DNA of 64,000 bases from Bigelowiella natans CCMP2755 (GCA_000320545.1 ADNK01000421.1:68044-132043), one strand, 5' to 3'; counted from the first letter of the stretch, positions 40,307 through 54,479 are shown. Numbers and translations: made by a program. Notes: a model not told the origin generated them from the sequence alone.

Positions 40307-41760
40307 ATGGGGAACGCAGCTGCAGGGTCCGGCTTCCCGTACCACATCGAGGAGGTGGACCCCACCTATGACAACAGGGTTTTCCAACTTAGAGAGGGAA
40401 AACGCAAGGAAGACGGAGAAAAGGTTTCCATTTTTACTGTGGAGAAGAAGGATTGCTCCCCGGCATTGCTGGCGGCAGCTCAAAACTTCCACAGGCGCTT
40501 AAAAACAATAAGGCATCCACATATCTTAAGATACATTGATGGGGTGGAACTCGAGACTTCCATCCATGTCGTCACAGAACACGTGCGGCCTTTTGAGCAC
40601 CCCCGTCGCAGATCACCAGAAGACATTGAGGTATTATTCTCGCTGAGCTCCTGTGTTTAAGGGACTTCCACAATGTTGTCATCCTCATCGCATGTTTAAG
40701 CAACGAACGATCTTTGTTATCAGGCTGTAGCCCTCGGCTTATTCCAAGTTACAAGCGCAATCGCGTTTCTTAACACGGACCACAAAATGGTTCACGCAAA
40801 TATTTGCCCGTCTTCTCTTTTTATCACAGATGCAGGTTGCAGTGCGTCGAGCTGTATAATAATACACTGTTGTTATTTTCCCGAACAGCAGTAGCTTTAA
40901 GATTTCTTTTCACTTTTCATAGGAGAATGGAAGCTAGGGGGTTTCCACTTGCTCCATCCCCATGGCCGCATCACTGAGATTGTGCGTGATAGCTACACGA
41001 TACTACCTGAGCGCTACAGGTACTACTACTACTACTACTACTACTACTTGGAGCTTGCTTGCGTACATATGCGTAGTTTAACTCGAGCAGCGATGGTAAA
41101 TTCATCTTGGTATTCATCATCATCCTGACACCATGAAAGGTCTCCGGAAGTCAAAGAAAAGAGATGGGGGACGCTGCAAACTATGCCTGTGTGGACAATG
41201 GATGCTTGGAGTCTAGGGTAATCAACGAGTTATTCTACGTTCGTTTAATCTTGGATGAATGAAACACTATCGTCCTCAGGTGCTTGATATACGACATTTT
41301 CCATGACAATTTCAATTCGACAGAGCAGCTCACCCAGTGTTCCAATATCCCAAAGCCACTACTCCCAGTTTATAAACGTAGTAGAATTCGCAGTTGACAG
41401 TTATAAAATATGCTTTATATATACAGACTATCTGCTTCCAGGTTTGCTATCATCCACATCTCGATTGAACCCTAAAAAAGTCCTTCCGAATAAGTTTTTC
41501 AAGAATTTCCTTGTTAAATCGGTCAGTAATCAACACAACATTGCTTCATCATGAGGTGCATTCACGTATACGTATATGACGCGCGAGGTTACAACATGTG
41601 ATAGTAATCCAGTAATTCCACAGCAATGATATTTTACTACAGATATGTTTTTTGGACAATCTGGCGCTGAAGACAGATCAGGAAAAAGCTACATTTTTCC
41701 AACATTTCTCAGGAAAAGTCACGACTCTCCCTCCAGCTCTCGTCAGGTTTTCTATTTTCA

Positions 41761-41837
<77 letters not shown>

Positions 41838-42587
41838 CAAGCAAGCATGTTTAAAATATAGCTTGTATATCTTACATTTATGTGTTGTGTTTTTAGTCTG
41901 TTCGCGTGATGCTAAATTGGCGTGATTTTGTTGTGACTTTTCACCATTCAGACATAGGATCTTGCCGCAGCTTTTGCAAGCTCTTTCTTACGGAGCAGGC
42001 ATGGGCAGTGCATTTGCTGCAATTCTTACCGTAGTGATCAAACTTGGAGAGACTCTCTCGGATCAAGAGTAAGCACTAATGATTCATACGAAAGGGATGC
42101 TTATAGCCTGATTTTTTTGGAATAATAAGCCATTGTCTGTCGCACCATCGTGACCTTACGTTTTGATATCTCACTGATGAAAGTAATGAGTGTGTTTTGT
42201 GTGCATAATGGATTTTCATCTGAAACTATTATTTGAAACTGCTGTATCTCATTGCGAGTGCAATATAAACAAGTGATATCTCAATCCAAGTAACGTGGTT
42301 CCGGTTGCTGATGAAATATGTGGATGTGTATATATCTTAGGTACGAGAAGCTCGTTGTTCCAGCTGTCGTAAAACTGTTTGCTTGCAACGAACGTCAAGT
42401 GCGGGTTCATCTTCTTCGTCATTTACACGAGTAATAATATAGATTCCTCTTGATGTTATCAAGACACTGCTGCCAACCAATCCACCAGAAGCTCATCAAT
42501 CCTTCAGTCGTGGCTAAAACATATTGCATGGCCATCTTCCCCATGTTTGCTTTAAATGAGAGGAGCTGTTACCTTAATTTCATTTTT

Positions 42588-42622
<35 letters not shown>

Positions 42623-42891
42623 TATCATCAGATACGCGAGTCACATACCGCCAGGAGTAGTTGAGAAGAACATACTGCCGCACGTAGCGACGGGTTTCAC
42701 GGATGCAAATGCCGTCCTGAGAGAGCTCACACTCAAAAGCCTAATTCATTTAGCGCCAAAACTCTCCAACGCAGTGATGGATACTACCGTTCTAAAGTGA
42801 GTGTAGATGATAGAAGAAGTGCCATCAAAAATGACGAAAAAGTCCCCCGTTGTATTAAGTTGCCGCTCGGAAATGAAGAATGTTTTATTCA

Positions 42892-42939
<48 letters not shown>

Positions 42940-43222
42940 GTCTAGTGAGGGAAGAGGTGGTTTGCTTCGTTCTTCGCAACAGTAACAACTTTATCTTGTA
43001 ATCACCATCATCATCATCGACTCCTTACAGGCATTTGACCAAGATGCAGGCAGATTCAGAACCAGGAATCAGAACCAACACGATCTACTGCATTGCTAAA
43101 GTTTGCTCTACCTTTGGGGAAGCTAACAGAAGGAAGATATTATTCAGAGGCTTTCTCAAAGGTAATATGAGAAGGATTATATTTGCTGAAACTCTGCTAA
43201 CACACACACACACACACAAATG

Positions 43223-43267
<45 letters not shown>

Positions 43268-45020
43268 CTTTATATTCTAACCATCTCCATCTTCGTCATT
43301 ATCGTCGTCGATGATGTTTAAAGGCCTCCGCGATCCGTTTGGCCCAGCACGTTTAGCAAGTTTAGCATCTCTCCAAGCGTGTGTTTCCCATTTCACTGCG
43401 GATGACATCGCAAAAAGGTGAGAATGTATCATACACCTCTGCGCCATGGTGTATTCATATCAGCATCGATATTATACATAGATTATATGTCTTGTTGTGT
43501 TATTCTCCTAGGATTCTCCCCAGCGCTACGCCTTTAGCAGTTGATGCAAGTGAACCAGTGAGAAATGCATGCATTAAAATGCTCGGAGTTATGTGCAAAT
43601 CCTTACAAAAAGCTTCAGTAGAGAGAGGTTAGACCATCAACACATTCATGCTGTTCATTCGGGGTGCGAAGATTGGTTCTCCTTATCAAGTTTGGTGCCA
43701 TTTTTCCACGTATTATAGTGATAATAATAATAATAATAATAATAACAATATCAATTATTATTATTATAACAGCGAAAGCTTTGGCTGAAAGCAAAGAAAA
43801 TTCCGCAGGTCCCGGTAAGATCAAAAGTATAGGAGGAAATGGGTACGGAGCTGCATCATCATCATCATCCTCCTCCTCTGCTGGCGGTGCTGCTAATCGT
43901 TATGGGGGGGCTGTTCTGAGTACTATGTCCTCATGGGCTTCAGCTGGAATCACAGCTGTCGCTACATATGCTGCGAAGACATCATCGTCTGATACGTCCT
44001 CAACGACCACTACAGCCACGAAGAACTCCACGGCAAGAAATGCTACGAATGCTGCTGCTTCTTCCAGTGTGCATTCGACGGCTGTGGCGTCAAATAGGGG
44101 CGCTACCAAAAAGGTCACCAATAGTGGAAGAGGTGATGCCGGCAGAAGTGCTGCTGCCGTTGGTGCCTCGAAGGCAGAGAAATCAGGGTGGGACGATGGC
44201 GACCTTGACTTGGATTTATTCGATGATGGCAATGACGACGAAAAGGATGGCGGAATTCCAATCGAAGCGGTGTGTTAGTGAAGGAAGGAAGAGCGTGTCA
44301 ATGATTATTTATATCTCCTTACTTTTCTCTGCGCTTTCTTGTGACGATCAGTGTACACTGAACATCTATTCGGTTTTGTTTGTCAGCTCTCTCTAGGAGG
44401 CAAGAAGAAGAAAAACACGGTTAAGGTAATGCACCGTTCTTCGCAAGATTCCATCTTATTCAGCACATGAGAGTCGTTGTTATTTACTAGAAATCGAAAC
44501 GGAGGAATCAAGGAAGGCAAACTAAAAAGCAAATAACAAACGACAACCCCTGGGGGATGAATGCTGATTCTGGCGGGGGAAATGGAGCCATGGATCTCTC
44601 CAAGATGATAAACAACGATGTATCCTCTCTAAACCATGTGTCAATGGTTCTATATAAATGCGATATTTCGACTTCTTCTTTTCATGCGACCACTTCTTTC
44701 ATGATAATGCAAATGAAATATATACAATATATTATCAGATCACTGGAGATCGTGGAGGAGATTCGTTGGACGACATGCTAAGCTCGCTCAACACAAGTCA
44801 ACAGAATGAAAAGAAGGCGCAACCCACTGGTGGTGGCTGGGGTGAGAGCGGGACGGGAAACTTAGATGATCTATTGGGAAACAATTCCAATGATGCTGGA
44901 GGTATAGGAGAGAGCGTTTTACTCGGCAACGAAACAGGGGCAGCTCAAGGTGAAACCGGCGGTGGGGGTGGTGGTGACGAAGATTGGAATTCATTCATGC
45001 AGGAGGCGCTAGATTCCTAG
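40307..45020 (+). CDS. SCYL1: SCY1-like pseudokinase with HEAT repeats
   Basis: MGN..FPYHI..KVSIF..RLKTIRHPHILRYIDG, GEWKLGGF, GFTDANAVLRELTLKS, DSEPGIRTNTIYCIAK, LRDPFGPAR and an acidic GW-containing tail. Confidence 0.92.
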
Positions 45021-45079
45021 TGGCATCTTCACCAGTACATGTGGAATGTCATGCCATTGTACATTCATATAATTCAGTA

Positions 45080-45900
45080 TATCAGATCGCTTTCATGGCT
45101 TCATCCGAAACATCATGAAATCGCATCGATCGCATGAATGACCTCATTGCAAATGGTTCGTTTGCTCGTGATCGACTGATTTGCGCGACGCCACACTCTA
45201 GCACTGCTAGATCGACTGCTGCTCGTCGCCGCGTGTCATGACGATGCCCCATTTCATTCCCTGCTGTTCGTGGTAGCAAAAATTGCGAAAACGCGCAACG
45301 TGAAAATTTGTTGCCCACTGACAACCACTACTAGATCGAGCTAGACCAGCTGCTGACAACTGAATGTTGCTAGAATGACACATATGCATGCTGTGGCACG
45401 TGGTGAAAATCACGACAGGCACATCTAGCTAGCCACGTAGCACTAGCTAGTCTAGTAGTGCTAGCTAGAGCAGCTCTAGAGCTCTAGAGCTGACAGAGAT
45501 CGGAACATGCGCTAGCATAGAATGTTGTCTCATGGACGCACTGTCTAGCCATGCTAGCGCGCATGGCTGGATGGCTAGCTAGCTAGTCTAACAGCGACAG
45601 ATACGCTCTGCTTCAATGCAGCATGACGCTTAGCTAGATACACTAGTGTAGTCTAGTGGTAGTGCGAATGTGCCGCTACGCAGATCAAGCGATGCGGACG
45701 TAGCGTGCGCAGGCTAGCAGGGTCACTGTCTAGCTATGCACTGGAATGGTCTAGTGGCGTCTAGGCGTGTAAAAGCCATGCTGCTCGGCTCATCGTCTAG
45801 ATCGTGTTGTGTCAGAAAATAAATCTAGTGATGTTTGCGCAACAATGTGTAAGCGAGAATCACATCATCCCAGATGACAAAGATGTTCACTAGCTAGGAT
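45080..45900. repeat. CTAG-saturated, TpA-depleted island in a convergent spacer
   Basis: Hand count of about 23 CTAG in 45421-45800. In 45121-45420, 7 of 8 TpA are in CTA/TAG context. Confidence 0.85.
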
Positions 45901-46135
45901 GGGCGGGTGTGGGAGTTCTTCACTGGCTCCACTACGCTTAATCATGTACAATATGAATTCCCTTTGTTCATCTGCCATCAAGCATGGCTAATCACTTGAA
46001 TTACATCGTGGTGTTGACAAGGAGACGTAGGAACGTATTCCAACTCGCTACTTATGCACTAGATAACATCATTTTCTATTTATTTTCTATCGGTTTACAA
46101 TTTTTGACTAAGGCACAGTTTCCGAAGAGAATGGT

Positions 46136-46151
46136 GGTGTTTAAGAACACC
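46136..46151 (-). terminator. Histone mRNA 3' stem-loop (H4)
   Basis: GGTGTT-CTTA-AACACC followed by ACCA, 33 nt after the stop; 6-bp stem and 4-nt loop. Confidence 0.85.
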
Positions 46152-46184
46152 GGATGTAGTAGCATTGAGAATGCTGTGAGCAAT

Positions 46185-46502
<318 letters not shown>

Positions 46503-47045
46503 TTAGTAACTTGTTGTGTTGAGTTATGATTCCTTTTGCTTCAACTCATTTCACCACAATCGGAGCTTGAACGTACGTTAGTAAAAACTCATACTTATTT
46601 CTGCAAATAATTAAAAAATAAATTCATATCTATACTATACGACATCATATTGTCTGGGGAAAAACAAAAATTAGCCTATAAAACATGGAAGCTTTGTCTT
46701 AACAAATCATTTCCAGAAGCCTTATTGCTATTCCGTAAAATTAATTAACGAAATAATTTAGCGGAGTTCACACCAATTTTTGGTCTAAAATGACCTACAT
46801 TATTTATTGAAAGGATTATGACAGTTTTGACTACATCAGGACCCTAACGAGTTAACGTTCTAAATGAAGGCGAATTCTACGGTTTGTAGGAGGTTAAGCT
46901 TAAATACTTAGTAAAAGGAAAGGCGTTTTCTAATAAAAGTGTAAATTGTGCGGTGCAACAGCCCTTTCACTGATCCATCCTTCAATTTGTTCAAGCAGCC
47001 CCATCATCATAAACCAAACGTTCAAAGAACTCATACTTATCAATC

Positions 47046-47474
47046 ATGTCCGGAAAAGGAAAAGGAGGCCGAGGAAAAGGCAAAGCCGTCAAGGCAACCA
47101 CCCGCTCTGCTCGTGCAGGACTTCAGTTCCCTGTGGGACGTATCTCTCGATTCTTGCGCAAGGGACGCTACGCTACCCGTGTTGGAGGTGGAGCTCCTGT
47201 GTACCTCGCAGCTGTCCTCGAGTACCTCACCGCTGAGATCCTCGAGCTTGCAGGAAACGCTGCTCGCGACAACAAGCGATCCCGTATCATCCCTCGTCAC
47301 GTTCAGCTTGCTATCCGCAACGACGAAGAGCTTAACAAGCTTCTCGGAGACGTGACCATTGCAGCAGGAGGTGTTCTTCCAAACATCCACGCAGTTCTTC
47401 TTCCTAAGAAGAAGGCTTCCACTTCTGCTCCTAAGAAGTCCAAGAAGAGCAAGAAGAAAAAGGGAAGAAAGTAA
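47046..47474 (+). CDS. H2A: Histone H2A, intronless, with a Lys-rich C-terminal tail
   Basis: [51 protein letters not shown]. Confidence 0.99.
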   Translation: MSGKGKGGRGKGKAVKATTRSARAGLQFPVGRISRFLRKGRYATRVGGGAPVYLAAVLEYLTAEILELAGNAARDNKRSRIIPRHVQLAIRNDEELNKLLGDVTIAAGGVLPNIHAVLLPKKKASTSAPKKSKKSKKKKGRK

Positions 47475-47516
47475 ATTGCCCTCTTGCTTACACACAACAA
47501 GAACAAAACAACAATC

Positions 47517-47532
47517 GGTGTATCATTACACC
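47517..47532 (+). terminator. Histone mRNA 3' stem-loop (H2A)
   Basis: GGTGTA-TCAT-TACACC followed by ACCA, 42 nt after the stop. Confidence 0.85.
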
Positions 47533-47779
47533 ACCAAAATCTTCGGAACCCTGTGTCAACTTCTATTAGCATATATTTAATCCTTACACTGTGTGAAAAT
47601 GGAGCCATCTTGCTCCCATGATCATGCCCATTCTCTCGACCTATAATGTATGGCACCAACTCACAAATCCCATATCTATGAATGCATCGTCTCCAAAATT
47701 ACTTAGGCAACGAGAGTCGCGTTCTCCCGTTATCATGATAGTTAATACCCGCACCAAGCCCATAAGGGAGTGGTAGCTT

Positions 47780-48250
47780 CTCGCAAGCGTGCACTGTAGC
47801 ACTGCTAGACTGTCTCCATGCTAGCATGTCCTATAGTACGTTATTAGTAGTGTCGTCCACGCACACGTCATGTGTAGAGAGCTCTAGAGCTGTGTGCATG
47901 GCGGCTAGATCGATGGCAACACGTCTGTGATACGTACGTGCATGCGATGCGCTCATCGAAACCAAACTCTATAGCTAGACTGGTAGTAGAGTTAGCGCAT
48001 GCGCATGTGCGTGCATGCGATGCGCATCCTCGTCACACACACATCTCTAGCTACGCTGTAGCTAGCTAGTCAAGATCTCTAGATCGTAGCATACGTACAT
48101 ATCTAGATATGCATGCATGCTAGCATGGCACACGCTAGCACGCAGCACGCCGTCGTACGTCCGTATACTCGTCTCGTAGCTAGGTAGATGTCTCTAGGTC
48201 TAGCTAGCAGCTAGAGATGCACACATGCTAGGCTAGCGTGTATAGCATAG
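47780..48250. repeat. CTAG/GCATGC-saturated island
   Basis: For example gctagctagt, gcatgcatgctagcatg and tctagctagcagctag; abuts the LINE fragment. Confidence 0.85.
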
Positions 48251-48280
48251 ATGTCTCCTTTCAGTCGTTTCCTTTACTAA

Positions 48281-48865
48281 GGAGACATTGAAAAGGAAAC
48301 TGAAAGCACACAACAAAACAATCATGCGGAACGCCGAATTGAACTTCAAAACTAATTGGAAGAAAGAGGGAACCAAGGCCATGCATTTGAAAAAACTTGA
48401 TTTCTTGCCTGGCTCTCGGACAACAGGAATCACATTGAAGCTGCCAAGCATTGCCACATCATGGATGCGCGCCATCTGTGGTGTTGGCAATCTTGGTGCA
48501 TTCATGCTGTCCAGAGGACAACGCACAAAACTGGAAGCAACATGCGATGTGTGCAACACATTGCAAGACATGGACCACATTCTGCAATGCAGGAAATACG
48601 GACCACAGCGACTCAGAATCAACAAACAACTGACAGCGATCATGGATCGCAATGACGAGACCACGCGTCTCACAACCGCAGAGAAAACAAGTCGAGAAGC
48701 TGCGCGCAAAGCGCGCCATGCTAGACCAAAACAGGATGCATTTTCATGCATGCGCCATGTGACCAAGGAAACAAATAGATACAATTTAAGCGCTGTAGCG
48801 GCTGCATTGCACAGCTACATTAGGATGACCATTGAAACAATTTAAACATTTCATTACATCCGTCT
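48281..48865 (+). mobile_element. 5'-truncated non-LTR retrotransposon: ORF2 C-terminus with CCHC zinc knuckle and 3' end
   Basis: ORF 48288..48845 contains TCDVCNTLQDMDHILQC. The 3' end CATTACATCCGTCT is shared with other copies in the window. Confidence 0.8.
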
Positions 48866-49254
48866 CATAGATTATGAGATTTCTAGATTTGTTTGTCACA
48901 AAATCCGCATGCATGGATTGTCGAAGGAAGACAATTAATAAATCAAAACAAAATTACTCATACGTACGCTACGGCGCTATATATATCTATTTTCATACAT
49001 GCTCATGCATCATTCTCTATAATATTACATGTGCACAATTCATATAAGGAATATAAAATGCATCAAAATTCTTGCATGCTTACATACTGAGTAGTCGCAT
49101 CGGATCATATGCTAGTGCATCTACCCCCTGTAAGCATGCTAGCATGTACAAATCCGAAGTATCCTAGATGTTGCTTGCTCTAGTTCTTAATGATAAAGCT
49201 GGGATGTTCTTAAACTGGCAACGGTCCATTAATTCGCAGTTCTTTAGATTTTAT

Positions 49255-51926
49255 CTACAGCGAAGAACTGATGATCCGTTTTGCGTTTTGCTTCATTACC
49301 TTGATCGCATCTACATAAAAATAAAAGGCACTGTGGAGACGATACACATACAATATACATACTCTATTTCATGTACCAATCCTGATACTATTTGAAAGTC
49401 CATTACCTCTCATCATCTCGTCGATGATCTGCTTAGCAGGCTGAACGTTTTTGATGGCCCCAGCAACCTTTTATGAGGGGAAAATGGAAATTTGTTGGAC
49501 ACACTTCAGATTCGCTGATATATGATAATGATTATCAATGTAAAAGGAGACTAAAAGCTTATTCAGCTTCGCAAAGAAATTAGCACCTGTCCCATGAGAA
49601 GTGGCATAGCATCAACTTGTTCTTCGAACGTCAACTCACGACCAGACTTCTTCAATTCTTCAAGGTCCTTTTCGTAAGGTAGCTTTCCCTTTGCGCACAG
49701 CTCCTTAATCTCCTCGGAACTACAGTATGGGAATAACATCTCACAGTTGCTTTTATGCACACATAACAGCACATGTAGTACCGATTAGTCTCCCAGTCCA
49801 TGACAAATTTCCCCTTCTTTATGCGCAGGGGTCGGCCAGTATAGATTAGTGTTCGAATCGTATCTGAGGGACAGATAGTCACATCAGGTAAGAGTTGTAT
49901 ATGCACACTGCATACTATATTCTAACGGATTATTCAAGAATTATTATCGGAAATTCGTTTCTTTAGTTATTATCATCCGTAAATATCAATCACAACATAA
50001 TGCAAAGGAAAATTGTAGCCGTAGTATTTCCATAATTTAAACCCCATAAACGCATATATTTCGCGGGTTTTAGTCGATCAAAGTTGACACTGGAAGGACG
50101 AACAATTTTGAAGATTACATTAAATGCACTCCACACCATTGTTGATATTTTCATATTCCAGACTCACCATGATATCCGCAGTCAACAACTCCTTTCTTGT
50201 GGCGTGGGGGTGCACCTGAGTCGCGAGTTGAATAGATATATTCGTAAGAAAGATTTAAAACAAGAAAATGAATAAAAAGCACCACATGAACCACAAACGT
50301 ATCCACACATCATCAAATACTCACCTGCTTCCTCTGACGCAACGAATCTAGTTCCAACCCATACGGCCTCAGCTCCAAGAGCAAGAGACATTGCAAGACC
50401 TCTCCCATCGAAGATTCCTCCTAATTGATGTGAAGCATAAAACTTCTTCAAAACATCTCGTGCATATAAACATCGTTTCTTCAACTTTTCCTTGCCCGAC
50501 TACCTGCAGCAACAACATAGATAGGCTGCCCCGTCAGCTTTGACTTATGGCCTTTGCACAAGTCCACCACTGAGGGAATCAAAATGCTAGTTGCAACGTC
50601 CCCTGAATAGTTAGTAAGAACTCTCATTAGCTTCACAAAGAAGAGATGCATCGAAAGTCTTTAGAGAATCAAATACCTGTATGACCACCTCCTTCACCGC
50701 CTTGCGCACAAATGATATCAACTCCTGCCGCTAGGCAGTACTTCACATGCTGTGCAACAACACAACACGACGAGATCCTCAGCCAGATGGAAGGCAATAA
50801 GTAGTTTATAACAGCATCGGTAAGATGTTTTAAGAGCATTCTAACATAACGTCATGGAACCACTTCTCGATATCTATGCACGTAGGAGTTGTCACGTCAT
50901 ATGTGATAAACCTTTGGAGAGCCAATCATGTTCATGACGAGAATCCCAGCTTTGTGGCACTTTTCCACCACCCACTTTGGAGGTACACCGACAGCGGAGA
51001 CAAAGAGCTTTGCTCCGGATTCGATAATAATATCCATCAACTCTGGCAACTTCCCATGAGTATAATCGTAGTTAGTCTTGCGAGCTCCAGCGCCAACCTT
51101 AAAACAGATATCGGGAGCAAGAGCTCATGAACTGTATTCTTCATTTATACAGATACAGAATTGCCAACTAGAACTATCTATTCCTTATCCAAGAATAATA
51201 ATACGTAGGTTATTCACTTATATGGACAACATCCTTGTGTTTCAGTTGTCTGTCGACTGATTCTCACAAGTACATAGTCTGTACAAGTAAGCGCCCAGAT
51301 GACAATAGCTATCTGGCACGATTTGGAAGCCCTGAAGTCACCACTGATAGGCGCGCAGGGGGCAAAACGTGCATGTCATGCTCACTTAGTTACGCTGATG
51401 TATCCTCCAAAAAAAATGTGATAAAATAAATTATATGGCAGTCGAGGAGTCAGTAGCGATCGGGTTGCGACGACACTCACATCCGTCACGCCTTCTTCCC
51501 TCTAAAGCGCAGTAGTTACACAACCTTGGGGAGGAGAAGATCAACTCCAAAGGGAGCACTCTTGTCAACAAGATCCTCTTTCAGTTCATCGATCGTCTCT
51601 TTGAGCTAACACACACAAATTCATGATTAGTCCGATCGAAATCAACTTACTTTCTCAGGAAACTAGAAGTGTGTGCTGAACAATGCTGTGAGGTATCTCA
51701 CCATTTCTGGGGTGTAATTGACACCGCCAATAACTCCAAGGCCACCAGCATTAGTAACTGCAGCAGCAAGAGCGGGTCCAGCTGCCACATTCATGCCAGC
51801 AAGCATGATGGGATGCTTGATACCTACACCAGATCATTTCAGCTAAGGATGCTCCGATGTCAGGCGTTATTTGAAAATGTACTCACCAAGAAGCTTTGTG
51901 AGCGGAGTAGCGATTGTTTCGGACAT
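49255..51926 (-). CDS. Nitronate monooxygenase / 2-nitropropane dioxygenase family FMN oxidoreductase
   Basis: TPLTKLLGIKHPIMLAGM, AAAVTNAGGLGVIGG, PFGVDLLLP, ICAQGGEGGGHTG and VVAAGGIFDGRGLAMSLALGAEAVWVGTRF. Confidence 0.95.
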
Positions 51927-52623
51927 TGTCAACGGCTTTTGCAACGTATCTGCCAAGAAGTTATAGTTAGACACAAGTGCGGTTGTGCTTCATAACTCGT
52001 TACCTCCTTACCTTTCAACAGTGCTGCTGGATTTTTAGGGGTGCGGAAGGACAGCCTCTTATAAGACCAAAGTCTATCCTAATGGCTCAATATTATTAAA
52101 TCCAGGTAGAACGCAGGGCATTTTCATACATTTGTCTCGCCTCGATCCTGGCTGTATGGTGCTGACAGGATACTACAATGATCTGTATGTGATCACCGAC
52201 AGCAACTCATGCATGTCGCAGATACTAAATCACTGTAATTTTATGTGTAATCGAGATAGCTGACCACTGCCACTTGCTGCTCAGAGTAGACGTGCAGGAG
52301 GACGTGAATGGGAGTTGCGACTTAATAAACAGCTCTCACTATATCAAGGTACCCCTCCTTTACTGAAGCGATCTCATGGAAATCTCGGGAGATATTATTT
52401 ATTCCTTCTCGAACTTTGCCGGCGGAGTCGGCTGATTGCGCCAAGAGATGGAGGAACTTTCTCCTTATTCGGCGAGCCGAGTCTCGGAACTTTCTAGCAT
52501 GAGTGAGACGTCAGTGCATCGCATTTCAATGTGAAACAGCCGTAAAACCTTGTCGCAGATCATTATTATCATCGGTTTTTCGTATCTGCACTCCCAATCC
52601 CCCGTGCCAGCCCCTTGGGAAGA

Positions 52624-53721
52624 ATGATGGGCGAGGGAGAGAAGGTTACCTATGAACCAGTCCAGGATGAGGGGAAGGGTTATGAGACCCGCGGAAAGAG
52701 GAGTAGGAGTCCTACACTAACTGAGGTTGAAGCAAAAAAGAGACAAATGACTATGCAAAGTAGCGATGGATGTAGCGTCGCTCCGACTTCAAGACCACGA
52801 TATCAGCTTCTTCGTTCAATGAAGGAGACATTGAAAGGTAAACTATACCTTGCACGGCAAGTATTCGCTGATGGTCGCGAAGAGCTTGTAGTTATCAAAA
52901 TTAGCAACTTGGAATCAGACATTAAGACGCTAGAGGATCCCATGATGGAAGCTAGTATTCTGAAGCATCTGCAGCGCGCGCGTGACTGCCCGGGTAAGCA
53001 GCATGTATGCAGGATTATGGATGCTTTTAAAACGGAGGTTATCGTTGACAAGAACTCAAAGAAGAAGTGTAAGCAGCTCTGGACTGTCCTAGAGTTAATC
53101 AAGGGTTCTGACGTGTTCGACCACGTTAAGAAATACGGCTGTGGAGGCGAACTTGCAAGGGCATTGTTCAGACAAATTGTAACGGGGGTGAGATTTCTAC
53201 ACAAATGTGGAGTGGCACATATGGACATTTCGCTAGAAAACATTATGGTCACACGCAGGCCTGGTGATGATGCGACTCTTGTGGTGAAATTGATTGATTT
53301 TGGGATGGCTGTCGACGTCAACACAACCGACCTAGGAGGGGTCCGTGGTAAACCGTTGTATGTTGCTCCAGAAGTCTTGCACGCTTATACCAATAACCTT
53401 CACAAATTGGTGGATGGAGAGAAGAATCTTGAACTAGATGCACGTGCGGCAGACGTGTATTCATTAGGCGTCATCCTATTCATCCTCGCGACCGGTGGGA
53501 CTCCTCCCTATGAGAGTGTGGACGAGGAAGACCGTGCTTTCGTTTACCTCTGGACAAGGGGCAAAGACGGAATCAAAGACCTACTTGAAATGTGGGAAAA
53601 ATCAATGAGTGAGGATGCCCTGGATCTTGTTAGCAACATGCTCTGCCCAGTAAATCGCCGATGGACCTTAGCTGACATTGCGAATCATCGCTACGTCAGT
53701 CGTAACAACGACAAACCTTAA
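52624..53721 (+). CDS. Intronless Ser/Thr protein kinase (CAMK-like, HxDxSLEN type)
   Basis: VVIK, VAHMDISLENIM, KLIDFGMA, GKPLYVAPE and ADVYSLGVILF in one ORF. Confidence 0.92.
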   Translation: MMGEGEKVTYEPVQDEGKGYETRGKRSRSPTLTEVEAKKRQMTMQSSDGCSVAPTSRPRYQLLRSMKETLKGKLYLARQVFADGREELVVIKISNLESDIKTLEDPMMEASILKHLQRARDCPGKQHVCRIMDAFKTEVIVDKNSKKKCKQLWTVLELIKGSDVFDHVKKYGCGGELARALFRQIVTGVRFLHKCGVAHMDISLENIMVTRRPGDDATLVVKLIDFGMAVDVNTTDLGGVRGKPLYVAPEVLHAYTNNLHKLVDGEKNLELDARAADVYSLGVILFILATGGTPPYESVDEEDRAFVYLWTRGKDGIKDLLEMWEKSMSEDALDLVSNMLCPVNRRWTLADIANHRYVSRNNDKP

Positions 53722-54479
53722 TAATGAGAACAAATAATTGTGAAAAATGACACGCCGATAAAGTGAACCTCTAGACCTGTTGACGACACAAGTCCAACCG
53801 GGGATCGAGGTCCAAATAGCGGCAAGCACGCAGCAAAATCTTGACCTAGAAGACAGAACAAAGAAGCCGACGACACATGTTGACACACACATAATACGTT
53901 GGGAATCTAACCTGTCGTCGACGCAACGGTGGTACATTAATTCAAAGTTTATTCTACTTAATTAATGATTTACACCGCCTTGTGACCAGATAAAATAATT
54001 TATGAACGAATTACACAAAATACATAGTGTGTACCCATTATCCGCTACTTTGAGTGCCCTCTCTTCCTACATGCCGGGTGGTGACGATAGTAGAACCCGT
54101 ACTTTCTCGCCATCAAATCTGTGGTCTATCAGATATTATGCTTCCTTCCGCTGAGAAAAAAAGATAAAAAATAAAATCATATTCGTCACTTTTGAGAATA
54201 TGCTTGGAAGTTTAAGACAAGCCTAAGACTTTGATTCGGCGGCGGTTCTCCGGCTCGCTGCGTAGTTGAATTTGTAGCGATGTATGTGGACGGTTATTTC
54301 TTATGTCCCCCCGATGTCGCTGCCACGACCTGCTGGCTCAAGGTGCCATCGCACATTACAGGGGAATGTGCTTACAAAACGTAGATGTGAGAACGTAGAA
54401 ACAATAACTTGTTTAACGCCACATCATCTAATGTCACGATTCGTAAGATAATTGACCGACTGCATGGTGGCACAACTGA

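Noticed and set aside
45421-45800. CRISPR-like array or tandem satellite
   Set aside because: No fixed repeat unit or periodicity, and the context is eukaryotic.
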